A stretch of 32,000 nucleotides of DNA from Candidatus Atelocyanobacterium thalassa isolate ALOHA (GCF_000025125.1 NC_013771.1:510001-542000), one strand, 5' to 3'; positions 8,839-19,495 are shown, numbered from the stretch's first letter. Notes: generated by a model not told the origin, from the sequence alone. Translations and numbers: made by a program.

Positions 8839-10668
8839 GTGGAAAAAAAAACTTCTCAATCCCGTTGGCAGAATCTAATAAAAGAAAAAAAGCATAGTTT
8901 ACAAATTTTCGAAAAAAGGACAAATAATTTAACTATTGGTCAGAGAAATCAACCTTTTTTAATAATGCTGTTTATCAGTTTTATTTTATTAGGTACTATA
9001 GGAAGTCGTTTGTTCTTTTTACAGTTAATAGAAGGAGAAAGCTATAGAAATAAAGCTGAGAAAAATAGCGTCCGCATAATGCCAAAACCACCTATCAGAG
9101 GTAATATATATGATACAAAAGGACGTATTCTAGCTTCAACTCGTTTCACTCATTCAGCCTATTTATGGCCTATTGTTATTAGTAAATCTAGTTGGCCTGA
9201 AAACAGAAAATACTTAGCAAAATTACTTGCTCTTCCTGAAAAAAGTATTGAAGCAAAAATTAGTGAAAGTAAAAATAAAAAAATAGGATATTCTTCTCCA
9301 ACTTTAATTAGAATTGCTAGTCGTTTAAATCCTGCTCAAATAACCGAATTAGAAGAGTTCAAAACGAAACTCAATGGACTAGAAATAGATGTTGAAAGTA
9401 TTCGCAATTATCCTAATAAAGAAATAGCTGCTCATATATTAGGATACACTGGAGAGTTAAGCAGTGAAGAATTACAAAAGAGGAATACTGACGGTTATCG
9501 TTTAGGTGATTCTGTTGGAAGAATGGGAATTGAGGCTGCTTATGAAAAAAAATTAAGGGGTGAGTGGGGTGGTATTGAACTAGAAATAAATGGTACAGGA
9601 AGAATAACAAAAATATTAGGACGTAAAGTAGCAAAATCAGGACAAGATATTACTCTTACTCTTGATCTTGATATACAAAAGGCTGCTGAAGTAGCTTTGA
9701 AAAAACACACAGGAGCTATTGTTGTTATTAAGCCACATACCGGAGAAGTTTTAGCAATGGCTAGTAGCCCAACTTTCGATCCTAATTTTTTTTCAACTCC
9801 AATTGCTCCCAAAGTTTGGGGACAATTACAATCGAAAAATAAATCTTTCGTTAATCGAGCTTTGCAAAGTTTTCCTCCTGCCTCTACTTTTAAAATAGTC
9901 ACAGCTACTGCAGGTATGGAGTTAGAGAAATATCCTTCAAATACTATTCTCCAAACTTTTCCTTATTTAAATGTAAAAGGGGAAAGTTTTAAAGAGTGGG
10001 ATAAACTAGGATTTGGAAAAACAGGTTATATAAAAGCTTTAGCATTAGGGAGCAACGCTTTTTATAGACAAATTGGCCTCAAAGTAGGAGAAAATACTTT
10101 AGCTAAATATGCCAACCTTTATGGTTTTGGCTCAAAAACAGGGATTGAGCTAGAAGAAGATTCGGGTTTAGTAGCAAACAAAATATGGAAACAAAAAAAA
10201 TATCAAAAGAATTGGACTGAAAGAGATACAGTAAATATGTCTATTGGACAAGGCTTTACGAAAGCTACTCCTTTACAAATAGCTGTGATGTTTTCGATTT
10301 TAGCCAATGGTGGATATGCTATAAATCCTCATCTATTAAAAAAAGTTGATAATAAAGAATATATACAAAATCATGTAAATCTTAAAAATAGTACTATTCA
10401 AACTCTCAGAGAAGGTTTAAGAGCAGCGGTATTGTCGGGAACTGAAAAAACCTTAAAAACTTCAAATTTACCTCCTGTAGCTGGAAAAAGTGGTATTGTT
10501 GAAAAATTTTCCGACAAATCTTATGCTTGGTTTGGCGGATTTGCTCCTTATAGTAATCCAGAAGTTGTCGTCGTAGCTTTTATTAAATATTCTGATCAAG
10601 AAAAAGAATCTATCGCGGCACTAATAGTGCGTGAGGTTATGGAAACGTATTTTAAACATAATAGTTGA
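8839..10668 (+). CDS. mrdA: Penicillin-binding protein 2 (class B PBP transpeptidase, elongasome)
   Basis: 609 aa. It has an N-terminal TM anchor, a dimerisation region (RGNIYDTKGRILA) and a transpeptidase domain with STFK (PPASTFKIV) and K-S-G (AGKSGIVE). The only canonical start upstream of the TM helix is GTG 8839 (see finding). Confidence 0.88.
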   Translation: MEKKTSQSRWQNLIKEKKHSLQIFEKRTNNLTIGQRNQPFLIMLFISFILLGTIGSRLFFLQLIEGESYRNKAEKNSVRIMPKPPIRGNIYDTKGRILASTRFTHSAYLWPIVISKSSWPENRKYLAKLLALPEKSIEAKISESKNKKIGYSSPTLIRIASRLNPAQITELEEFKTKLNGLEIDVESIRNYPNKEIAAHILGYTGELSSEELQKRNTDGYRLGDSVGRMGIEAAYEKKLRGEWGGIELEINGTGRITKILGRKVAKSGQDITLTLDLDIQKAAEVALKKHTGAIVVIKPHTGEVLAMASSPTFDPNFFSTPIAPKVWGQLQSKNKSFVNRALQSFPPASTFKIVTATAGMELEKYPSNTILQTFPYLNVKGESFKEWDKLGFGKTGYIKALALGSNAFYRQIGLKVGENTLAKYANLYGFGSKTGIELEEDSGLVANKIWKQKKYQKNWTERDTVNMSIGQGFTKATPLQIAVMFSILANGGYAINPHLLKKVDNKEYIQNHVNLKNSTIQTLREGLRAAVLSGTEKTLKTSNLPPVAGKSGIVEKFSDKSYAWFGGFAPYSNPEVVVVAFIKYSDQEKESIAALIVREVMETYFKHNS

Positions 10669-10699
10669 TTTTTATCAAAAAGGAATAAAAATACAAGTA

Positions 10700-11845
10700 C
10701 TAATTTAAACTAAAAATACTTAAAACATATTCTCCTTGATTGACTGAAAAATTAGTAGATAAATCAAAAATAAAACCATCTTTTTCTGCAGTGATATTGA
10801 TAACTTCAGGTAAGTTACCATGTTTGTTAAAACTTATAATTTGATAAAGTCTGTCTCCTTCTTTTACTTGAGTTTTTAAGGATAATCTGTTTTGAATCAT
10901 TCCCCCTGTTGGAGCATAGTAATTTTTTATTTTTTCGCGAGGTACTAATTCTATTTTAGTTTTGTTTAGAGAATAATCGTATAGTTTCAATATTTCTTTT
11001 TGTACTAAATAATTTTTAATCCCTGAAAATCCGACACTTACTGACTTTGGCTCCATTTCCATCCCTGAGCCTAATTCTAATGTCCATGATTCACGATCAA
11101 TTTCAATTTCTTTTCCTAATCTCTTAAACTCTTTTTGCAGTGCTAGCCAAGGCTTTAGAAAAGCTTCATCAAAACTATTTCCATTAAAGGTATCCATTAA
11201 AACCCCATAATTAAGTTTGAAGTATGCTGCATTCTCTTGTTGTGTCCCTGGAAAACTAAAGAGGTAATCTATGCATTTATTACTTGAGCTATGGATATCA
11301 ATTAAATAATTAGCATCCATAGCGAGAGACTGTAGTTTATAACGATATTGTTCAAATAAAGGAGCACTACTAGAACTTTGAATTTTTTTAACGTGCTCAG
11401 AGAATACAATCTTTTGTTGTTTTAAAAAGTTTTTTTGTATTGTTAAATAATCAAAATTTAAATTATTTTTTACAAAATCTTCTAAGTCTGAAAGAACTTT
11501 TTCATAATCCCAAAATATTCTATTCCAGTCTTTACCATCATAACTATTAAAACGTCCTGATGAAAAAAAGTGATTCCTTTGGTTTGTTCCTAATGGATTA
11601 CATACTGGGACTAACCATATTTCTCCATTAACTTGACTTTTGTTTAGGGTAGATAAGAAATTGATTAATTGGTGAATTACTGCATTACCTACAATTTCTG
11701 AACCATGTAAATTAGACTGAATATAAACTTTTTTATCGCTTTTTTGACCGATAAATTTATATATTTGGATAGATATTTCGTCCCCAGAAGCAAGCTTAAA
11801 TAAATTTAATATTTCAATATTTGGTTTCATTAAATTACTTATCAA
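10700..11845 (-). CDS. Succinylglutamate desuccinylase / aspartoacylase (AstE/AspA, M14-like zinc hydrolase) family protein
   Basis: 381 aa. It has an N-terminal Zn-ligand-type motif (YIQSNLHGSEIVGN) and a later IDIHSS His. The C-terminal roughly 80 aa resemble a small beta hybrid domain. Confidence 0.7.
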   Translation of the reverse strand: MISNLMKPNIEILNLFKLASGDEISIQIYKFIGQKSDKKVYIQSNLHGSEIVGNAVIHQLINFLSTLNKSQVNGEIWLVPVCNPLGTNQRNHFFSSGRFNSYDGKDWNRIFWDYEKVLSDLEDFVKNNLNFDYLTIQKNFLKQQKIVFSEHVKKIQSSSSAPLFEQYRYKLQSLAMDANYLIDIHSSSNKCIDYLFSFPGTQQENAAYFKLNYGVLMDTFNGNSFDEAFLKPWLALQKEFKRLGKEIEIDRESWTLELGSGMEMEPKSVSVGFSGIKNYLVQKEILKLYDYSLNKTKIELVPREKIKNYYAPTGGMIQNRLSLKTQVKEGDRLYQIISFNKHGNLPEVINITAEKDGFIFDLSTNFSVNQGEYVLSIFSLN

Positions 11846-11936
11846 AAACTAATTAGATAAATGCAAATAATTTTTAGTTCTCTATCTTATTGAGGATAAC
11901 TCCTGCTAGACCGATAACATAATATATTCCTTAGTC

Positions 11937-14891
11937 TTATTTGTATGTTTCTATCCCATCACATGAACATACAAAATTTCTATCTCCGAAAGCATTATCA
12001 ATGCGTCCAACCGATGGCCAAAATTTGTTCTTTTTTGTCCAAGGGGAAGGGTAGACAGCTTTTTCTCTTGAATAAGGTCGATTCCATTCATCACAAGCTA
12101 TTTCTATTGCAGTATGAGGACAGTTCTTTAAAGGATTATTTATACGATCAATTTCACCATTTATAATCATTTTCACTTCATCATAGATAGTTATCATAGC
12201 ATCACAGAAACGATCTAACTCTGATAAGTTTTCACTTTCAGTTGGTTCTATCATCATTGTTCCTACTACAGGCCAGGAGATTGTAGGCGCATGAAAACCA
12301 AAATCCATTAATCTTTTTGCAATATCTTCGACTTCTATTCCTGCTTTTTTCTTAAGAGGGCGAAGATCAATAATACATTCATGAGCTACATATCCAGAAT
12401 CACCTTTGAATAAAATAGGATAGTAATTAGTTAAACGGTAAGCGATATAGTTAGCATTAAGAATAGCTATCTTTGTAGCTTGAGTTAAACCTTTACTTCC
12501 CATCATTACAATATACATCCAAGAAATTACTAAAATATTAGCACTGCCCCATGGAGTAGAAGATATTGATCCTATAGAATCAAGATTTTTTTCTCTAGAA
12601 CCAGAAGGATTCATATATTTCTCTATATTGGTATCAGGAAGAAAGCGCATAAGATGAGACTTGACCCCAATAGGCCCTGCCCCTGGACCTCCTCCTCCGT
12701 GAGGAATACAAAAAGTTTTATGTAAATTTAAATGACAAACATCAGCTCCAATATCAGCAGGACGCATCAATCCAACTTGAGCATTCATATTAGCCCCATC
12801 CATATAAACTTGTCCACCATAATAGTGAATAATATTGCAAATATCTATAATGTGCCTTTCAAATACGCCATGAGTAGAAGGATAAGTAACCATTAGTGCA
12901 GCTAAGTTATGTTCATACATTTTAGCTTTTTGCTCCAAATCTAAAATGTCTATATTCCCATTTTTATCACATTTTATTACCACAACTTTCATGCCACACA
13001 TTATTGCACTAGCAGGATTTGTCCCATGAGCAGATTCAGGAATTAAACATATATTTTTCTGAGTATCTCCACATGCTTGATGGTAACGACGAATTACATG
13101 TAATCCTGCATATTCACCTTGAGAACCTGCATTAGGCTGTAAAGAAATTGCGGCAAAACCTGTTATTTCTCCTAACCATTGTTCTAATTGTTGAAATAAA
13201 GTACTGTACCCTAGGGCTTGATCTAGAGGAACAAAAGGATGAATTTTATTAAACTCAGACCAGGTTACAGGGACCATCTCCGTAGTGGCATTCAGCTTCA
13301 TAGTACATGATCCTAAAGGAATCATAGAAGTATTTAAAGCTAAATCTTTCTTTTCCAACTGATGTAAATATCTAATCAATTCATTTTCAGAATGATAACT
13401 ACTAAAAATTGGATCTATGAGATATTTAGTAGTACGTCTTAGATCAGAAGGCAAATGAAAATTTGCTTTATTTATTATTTCTTCAATAGAAAACGGTAGG
13501 TTATCTTGTTGAGCAAAAATTTGCCAAAGTTCAATTATGTCATCAATAGTTGTGGTTTCATTTAAGCTGATGCTAATTACCCCTTTTTGAAGTAATCGCA
13601 AATTTATCTTTTTTTCTAATGTTGTTTGGATGATTTTATCCTGTTTGTCTTTATCTAAACTCACAGTAACCGTATCAAAAAATGGATTATTATTTACAAC
13701 ATAATTTAACTTTTCTAGTCCGTCTCTTAATATTACAGCTAGTTCATGTATTCTTAAAGAGATATTTTTTATGCCTTCGGATCCATGGTAAATAGCATAC
13801 ATTCCTGCAATTATTGCTAATAAAACTTGCGCAGTACAAATATTACTTGTTGCCTTCTCTCGTTTTATGTGCTGCTCTCTAGTTTGCAATGCTAATCTAA
13901 GAGCAGGGTTTCCTCGTATATCTTTAGAAACTCCAACGATACGACCTGGAATTTGCCTTTTGTATATTTCTTTTGTTGCAAAATATGCAGCATGAGGTCC
14001 ACCATATCCTAAAGGTATTCCAAAACGTTGTGTAGTACCTATCGCAATATCAGCTCCAAATTCTCCAGGAGGAGTAATTAAGGATAAACTTAACAAATCA
14101 GCGGCAACGGTAACTAAAGCATTCTTGGCATGAATACTTTCAACAAAAGAACGATAGTCATATATTGAACCATCTGTGGCAGGGTACTGTAGTAGCGCGC
14201 CAAATACGTTATCGTCAGAATTAAAAGACCTATGATCATCCACAACAATTTTAATATTTAAGGGATTAGCACGAGTTTTAAGAACTTGTATAGTTTGTGG
14301 ATGACATAAAGAAGAAACAAAAAAAATGTGAGCATTTTTATTTTTGCACAAACCATAACTCATACTCATTGCTTCAGCTGCAGCTGTCCCTTCGTCCAGG
14401 AGAGAAGCATTCGCAATTTCAAGTCCAGTTAGCTCAATTATCATTGTTTGATAGTTGATAAGAGCTTCTAATCTACCCTGTGAAATTTCTGCTTGATAAG
14501 GGGTATAAGACGTATACCAACTAGGGTTTTCTAAAATATTGCGCTGAATTACTTGAGGAATAATACAATCATGATATCCCATCCCAATATAAGAACGAAA
14601 TATCTTATTTTTTGAAGCAATAGACTTTAATTGATTTAATGCCTCATATTCACTTCTAGGTTCTGGCAAGTTCAGATTACTTTTAAACCTTATATCGTGA
14701 GGTATTATTGCATCAATTAATTGATCTATATTAGAAAATCCTAGTATATTTGTTATGGTATCTATTTCCTGATCGTCCAATCCTATGTGTCGGCTAAGAA
14801 AATTATCAGCTGATGAAAAAATATGATTAAATTCTAATTTTTTTTTATTACTATTCTGAATATGGTCAGTAGCTAAGTTTTGATTAAGCAT
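11937..14891 (-). CDS. gcvP: Glycine dehydrogenase (decarboxylating), glycine cleavage system P protein
   Basis: 984-aa single-chain P protein. Motifs include [33 protein letters not shown] and the PLP-Lys region [18 protein letters not shown]. Confidence 0.97.
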   Translation of the reverse strand: MLNQNLATDHIQNSNKKKLEFNHIFSSADNFLSRHIGLDDQEIDTITNILGFSNIDQLIDAIIPHDIRFKSNLNLPEPRSEYEALNQLKSIASKNKIFRSYIGMGYHDCIIPQVIQRNILENPSWYTSYTPYQAEISQGRLEALINYQTMIIELTGLEIANASLLDEGTAAAEAMSMSYGLCKNKNAHIFFVSSLCHPQTIQVLKTRANPLNIKIVVDDHRSFNSDDNVFGALLQYPATDGSIYDYRSFVESIHAKNALVTVAADLLSLSLITPPGEFGADIAIGTTQRFGIPLGYGGPHAAYFATKEIYKRQIPGRIVGVSKDIRGNPALRLALQTREQHIKREKATSNICTAQVLLAIIAGMYAIYHGSEGIKNISLRIHELAVILRDGLEKLNYVVNNNPFFDTVTVSLDKDKQDKIIQTTLEKKINLRLLQKGVISISLNETTTIDDIIELWQIFAQQDNLPFSIEEIINKANFHLPSDLRRTTKYLIDPIFSSYHSENELIRYLHQLEKKDLALNTSMIPLGSCTMKLNATTEMVPVTWSEFNKIHPFVPLDQALGYSTLFQQLEQWLGEITGFAAISLQPNAGSQGEYAGLHVIRRYHQACGDTQKNICLIPESAHGTNPASAIMCGMKVVVIKCDKNGNIDILDLEQKAKMYEHNLAALMVTYPSTHGVFERHIIDICNIIHYYGGQVYMDGANMNAQVGLMRPADIGADVCHLNLHKTFCIPHGGGGPGAGPIGVKSHLMRFLPDTNIEKYMNPSGSREKNLDSIGSISSTPWGSANILVISWMYIVMMGSKGLTQATKIAILNANYIAYRLTNYYPILFKGDSGYVAHECIIDLRPLKKKAGIEVEDIAKRLMDFGFHAPTISWPVVGTMMIEPTESENLSELDRFCDAMITIYDEVKMIINGEIDRINNPLKNCPHTAIEIACDEWNRPYSREKAVYPSPWTKKNKFWPSVGRIDNAFGDRNFVCSCDGIETYK

Positions 14892-14992
14892 ATTTATAAA
14901 TATACATTATGTTTTTATGTAGTCTTTTAAGACTATTGTTTGAATAATTTAAAAATTTATATTACATAGATGAAATAAAAGGTTGAATTACG

Positions 14993-16870
14993 TTATTTTT
15001 GTATTTTGCTATGATGATAGCCTCTTGGCGTGATTATTAAATCCTTGTAAAAAAAAGTGCTATCACTACCAATTAGCACAGTAGTTAACATATCTATATA
15101 GTATTCTAACATTTCATCCAATGTTGTAAGTATTATGGTTTCATTTTTACGGTATGCACAACGAACCAAAGCTACTGGTGTATGTGGATTACGGTATTTT
15201 AAAAAGATGGTTTGAGCTGCAATAATTTGATGAATTCTGGTTTTTGATTTTGGATTGTAAATAGCCGTAACAAAATCTCCTTGAGCTGCGGCTTCTAAAC
15301 GTTTTTTAATCACATTCCATGGTGTTAATAGATCACTCAAACTAATTGCACAAAAATCATGCATTAGAGGTGTGCCAACTCTTGCAGCTGCAGCCTGTAG
15401 AGCCGTAATTCCTGGAAAAATTTTGATATCAATAATATTATCTTTCTTGTGAGTATTTTCAAGCTTTTCCAAGACCAGACCTCCCATAGCATATATACCG
15501 CAGTCTCCTGATGATATTACTACAACATTTAGTCCCCATTGAGCTAATTTTATTGCTTTTTCAGCACGTTGTTCCTCTTCAGTAATAGGTAAATCTTCAA
15601 TAATTTGTCCAGGGTGCAATAAAGTTTTTATAAGTTCTAAATATAAAGAATAGCCAACAATAGCATCAGCTTCAGTAATCGCTTTTTTTGCCGCAGGAGT
15701 TATTTGTTCTAAACTTCCGGGTCCTATCCCTACTAAATATAATTTTCCTTGTCTTCCTGTATACTCGATATCACTTTGAGCTATGGCAATAGTAACTGCA
15801 TGATTATTAAACTTTATAATTTCTTTAGAGACTAAAAGAACAGTCTTGTTGTCAAAAAAATAATTGGAACTATAAATGGCAGAGGCTTCTGCTACGCTAG
15901 CAGTTCCTAATTCTTGCTTTACAATTGCTGAGGGATTAGGAACATTAACTTTATTTAAAGTTTTGACGGGGTAGGTGAATAAAGGTAACTGTTTTAATTG
16001 ACAGTATTTAACAATACCAACTTCATCCTTTTTTAAATCAACAGACGCTATTCCAGCTATTGATTCTAATGCTAAATTATATCGGTTGAAAACTTTGGAT
16101 ATAGCATCAGAAATAAGTTTATAAGATGCTCCTCTCGTACATCCCACCCCTACCCATAATACTCGGGGATGCCATTGTATAGTAGAAATATTAGATTTTT
16201 GGTCTAAATGATACTTTTTAGGACTAATAATAATAGATGCCGCTGATGCTGATGTATGGGCTTTAATAGTATTTGATGAGTAAAAATTGAAATTATCACT
16301 ATTTAAAAAGTTTTTCTTCCAAAAAGATGAACCTCCTTCTTGTATTATTTGAACAGTCTTTTGGCAAGCGATCGCATAACTTATATCTTTCCATTTCCCT
16401 GGTCCTTTGCGCCATCCAAAAGGAAGCCCTAATATATCAATGCCTGGTAAATCTAAAGTATTTGACACACCAGTGATAACCGGTTCTGCATTTAAATAAC
16501 TCGCTATTAATTGAGTTAATTTATTCGCTCTACCTTGATGCCCACCACATAAACTAATAACAAATCTACCTTTTGGATCTACAACAATAATAGAGGGATC
16601 ATAAGCCTTATTTCTTAACAATGGAGTAATAAGACGGATTACGGCTCCAGCTGACAGACAAAATATCAAAGCACGATTTTTAGGAAAGATATCAGTTAAA
16701 TGATCTTTAAGAGGATCTTTATAATGACAAGTTCTTTCGTCAATTAAGGATAATTGTTCTGGCATGTAAAGTATTCCTTTTAAATCTTCACATAGAGGAT
16801 ACAAAAGATTACAAGCCTGAGTTGTAGTTCCAATTAATGCAACAGGATAGATAATATTAGAAGAATACAT
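14993..16870 (-). CDS. cobJ: Bifunctional cobalamin biosynthesis protein: CbiG (cobalt-precorrin-5A hydrolase) fused to a precorrin-3B C17-methyltransferase (CobJ/CbiH)
   Basis: 625 aa. The N-terminal two thirds carry CbiG signatures (AGAVIRLITPLLRNKAYDPSIIVVDPKGRFVISLCGGHQGRAN; VGVGCTRG...ASVDLKKDE). The C-terminal third is a tetrapyrrole methylase (KLYLVGIGPGSLEQITPAAKKAITEADAIVGY; VVVISSGDCGIYAM). Confidence 0.9.
   Translation of the reverse strand: MYSSNIIYPVALIGTTTQACNLLYPLCEDLKGILYMPEQLSLIDERTCHYKDPLKDHLTDIFPKNRALIFCLSAGAVIRLITPLLRNKAYDPSIIVVDPKGRFVISLCGGHQGRANKLTQLIASYLNAEPVITGVSNTLDLPGIDILGLPFGWRKGPGKWKDISYAIACQKTVQIIQEGGSSFWKKNFLNSDNFNFYSSNTIKAHTSASAASIIISPKKYHLDQKSNISTIQWHPRVLWVGVGCTRGASYKLISDAISKVFNRYNLALESIAGIASVDLKKDEVGIVKYCQLKQLPLFTYPVKTLNKVNVPNPSAIVKQELGTASVAEASAIYSSNYFFDNKTVLLVSKEIIKFNNHAVTIAIAQSDIEYTGRQGKLYLVGIGPGSLEQITPAAKKAITEADAIVGYSLYLELIKTLLHPGQIIEDLPITEEEQRAEKAIKLAQWGLNVVVISSGDCGIYAMGGLVLEKLENTHKKDNIIDIKIFPGITALQAAAARVGTPLMHDFCAISLSDLLTPWNVIKKRLEAAAQGDFVTAIYNPKSKTRIHQIIAAQTIFLKYRNPHTPVALVRCAYRKNETIILTTLDEMLEYYIDMLTTVLIGSDSTFFYKDLIITPRGYHHSKIQK
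16368..16375. repeat. HIP1 octamer GCGATCGC (inside the cbiG/cobJ CDS)
   Basis: Exact match in ..ggcaaGCGATCGCataac.. Confidence 0.9.
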
Positions 16871-16962
16871 ATAACATATTAGTTTTTTATAATTTGAACT
16901 TAAAGCTTTTAATATAAATCAAATATGGGTTAAGTTTTAAAGTAAATAATAAAATCATACAT

Positions 16963-18756
16963 TTACTTTAAAAAATTATTCCAAGTTAATATTTTAGCTT
17001 GAGCAGAACTATAAGCTGGACTTTCTTCAGGAATTTTGTTGGCTACTTCAATTGCCTCATTCCATAAAGAACGATTGGCAAGGTTTTCAGCTATGGACAA
17101 TATTTGAAAACTCCAACGTTTTAAAGACTGTTTCGCTTGAGAGCTTACATCTGTTGAAAGTGGAATATTTTGTATAATGGAAATAGCAGATATTAAAGAT
17201 TGAGAAGTTTGTGATTGGGCCATAAGGTAAGCCTTTTTTAAGTCTTCTTTAGCTTTGATTTCTGTTTGCCATTTTTTAATATTATTTTGTGCTTTTTTAT
17301 AGAGCGGCCTTTCCGAAGTAATTTTTTTAGCAATAATAATAGCTGAACCATAATTTTTATTATTACCTAAGATAACTGCTTGATTCAAAATCAATTGATC
17401 TTTTTGCCGTTTAATATCGAGATACCATTTTTGAGCTTCTTCTTTTGCTTGAATTGACAGAGTACGGTTCATTCCTATTGACTGTATTTCAACAATTGCT
17501 CTTTTTAAGTCTAAAATATCACCTCCTGCAGCTAAATGTTTGGCTTTATCTAATATCGGCTTGTCTTCTTTAGTTTGTACTAGACTATTCCATTTATCAA
17601 TTTCTTCTCTAGCTTCTTGATAATAAAAGTTATCAGAAGGAATAATTTTTGCCAGTTGGATTGCTTCTTTTAAGTCCTCAATATTTCCCCGAATAGCTAA
17701 TTTTCTAGACTTTTCAAGATAAGCTATGTATTTTATATTTGATTTCCAGATATCAGATAAATTTTTTGATTTTTGATAAAAAGAGCTATTTAAATTAATT
17801 TTTTCAAGTTTCAGTATTGCATTTTTTACACTCTCTATCGTTCCTTTTTTTGTTTCCAATCCTGCATTAGTAATAATAAGCAAGTCTCTAGTCTTATTAA
17901 TAAATATTTTATTATTTGAAGTTTTATCAATTACTTTTGATAATGTTGACCAATTGTCATTATCAATCAATTCATTTATATGATCATTTATTTTATATTC
18001 AGCATCTTGTATTAAATCTTGGGCTTTCTGATATGCATAACTATCAAAATTTATTTGCTGAGATTCATTTATCGTAGAAAGCCAATTGTCAACTCCTCCA
18101 CGATTTAACAAAATAAACGCATTATCCAATTGACTACTTTCTTCTTTTGCGAATCTTATTTTTTTAACTGCATCATTATAACCAGTAGTGGCCCAATACT
18201 TATTAGGAAGATCATGAAGTTTCAATACTTCCTTGAAAGCTAAGTTCCAGCTAAAGTTGCGTAACTGACTTTCTATTCTTACCAATATTTCTTCACCTTC
18301 ACTCCAAGAATTATTCCATTTTTCAATTCTTTGACTTACTATATTGTTCGTCTGAACATTATTAGGGATTCTTTCAGCTATGTTAATAGCTTCTTGTAAT
18401 TGTCCTTGTTGAAATTTTTCTTCAGCGATATCTAAAATGGCTATTGTCCATTTTTTGACATTATGCTCAACTTCACTACGAAAAGAGTGTTTTTTTGGAA
18501 ACGATTTACTTAATTTAATTGCTTTTAAAAAGCCTTTCAAAGTATTTTTTTTAGCTTCTGTTTGAGCACAATGAATTTTCGTCGATACTGAAGTAATGGG
18601 TAAAAAAACGTGAGTACATTTTGGTGTACGGAGAAAGTTTAATAAGATTAATGTACTTGTAAAACCTATAGTTCCAGGAACAACAATTAACAAGACTGCC
18701 CAAATTTTCCAAGAGATTTTACTGCTAATTTTAATAATTCGGTGAAGTACAGTCAT
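16963..18756 (-). CDS. Membrane-anchored repeat protein of unknown function (cyanobacterial-type conserved hypothetical)
   Basis: 597 aa with one N-terminal TM helix (WKIWAVLLIVVPGTIGFTSTLILL). This is followed by at least 8 copies of a helical unit of roughly 55-70 aa that ends in an x-A-x(3)-I/L-x(2)-W motif. Confidence 0.8.
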   Translation of the reverse strand: MTVLHRIIKISSKISWKIWAVLLIVVPGTIGFTSTLILLNFLRTPKCTHVFLPITSVSTKIHCAQTEAKKNTLKGFLKAIKLSKSFPKKHSFRSEVEHNVKKWTIAILDIAEEKFQQGQLQEAINIAERIPNNVQTNNIVSQRIEKWNNSWSEGEEILVRIESQLRNFSWNLAFKEVLKLHDLPNKYWATTGYNDAVKKIRFAKEESSQLDNAFILLNRGGVDNWLSTINESQQINFDSYAYQKAQDLIQDAEYKINDHINELIDNDNWSTLSKVIDKTSNNKIFINKTRDLLIITNAGLETKKGTIESVKNAILKLEKINLNSSFYQKSKNLSDIWKSNIKYIAYLEKSRKLAIRGNIEDLKEAIQLAKIIPSDNFYYQEAREEIDKWNSLVQTKEDKPILDKAKHLAAGGDILDLKRAIVEIQSIGMNRTLSIQAKEEAQKWYLDIKRQKDQLILNQAVILGNNKNYGSAIIIAKKITSERPLYKKAQNNIKKWQTEIKAKEDLKKAYLMAQSQTSQSLISAISIIQNIPLSTDVSSQAKQSLKRWSFQILSIAENLANRSLWNEAIEVANKIPEESPAYSSAQAKILTWNNFLK

Positions 18757-19495
18757 ATAACTGTTAATTTTTCTTTAACTAGTCGAATATTATCAAAAAC
18801 TTTGAAATGAATTATTCAATCATAACTTACTTCAGTGATTATATAAGTTTATTTATTAGAAAATAACAATAATTTATATAGACAAAATATATGTATAAGA
18901 AAAATGAACAAAACCTTTAAAACAACTTATTATATATTTTTTACAAACATTTATGTATCAAATAAGAAGCATGGAAATTGCTTACTAAATTGATGAATAA
19001 TTCAAATATTATTGAGTAGAAATCATCAATACAGTAGTTTAATTATTACCTAAAAATTTAAATTTATTATTATCATTTTATTTTTGATAGAAACAAATTA
19101 TAAATAGATTAGTCAAAATAGAATATGACTTATTATTTAGAAGTTCAGCTTTAAATTATATTTAATCGTTTTTAAAATTACCTCTAAAATATAGAAAGAA
19201 AATTAAAACAGTAAATAGATTATTCGTTAAATTGTAGGTTTTTTAAACTTTAACTTCTATATTGATTATTAAAAATGATTTTTACCTCCACATTAAAGAC
19301 GATACCTAAAACAAAGAGTCTTAATTGTATTAATATCTAAATGTTAAGATATAAGAATAAATTATCTTATTACAAAAATAATACTTTAAATAATTTTATA
19401 TGTATCCTAAATATTTTTGTAATTGTATCTTTAACTAATTCTGGGTAATGTTTTAGCAACACACCCTTTAAAAGTTGTCTGCCATTAATAAGTCT

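Noticed and set aside
9990-10640. PBP2 as a decaying pseudogene (KSG instead of KTG, diverged C-terminal segment, uncertain second motif around LGSNAFY)
   Set aside because: The ORF is full length and uninterrupted with an intact STFK. K-S-G is an accepted variant of the K-T/S-G box. My by-eye alignment of the SxN motif is not reliable enough to claim loss of function.
14892-14992. Possible glycine riboswitch upstream of gcvP
   Set aside because: The spacer is only about 100 nt and is almost pure A/T. It lacks the conserved G/C-rich cores (GGAGAG...CACCG-type) of glycine aptamers. It contains only a weak 6-7 bp hairpin (agtctt/aagact).
16871-16962. Possible cobalamin riboswitch upstream of cbiG/cobJ
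   Set aside because: The leader is 92 nt and AT-rich. It is far too short for the aptamer and has no B12-box-like (..AGYCMGgAgaCCkGCc..) sequence.
18904-18993. 29-codon ORF (MNKTFKTTYYIFFTNIYVSNKKHGNCLLN) in the long spacer
   Set aside because: It is low-complexity, has no hydrophobic helix or known motif, no ribosome-binding site and no terminator. ORFs of this length are expected by chance.
19475-19495. TTG start for the antiporter as given in the ORF track
   Set aside because: An in-frame ATG 7 codons downstream (19496) gives a typical N-terminus directly preceding the first TM helix. The TTG is simply the first permissible codon after a stop.
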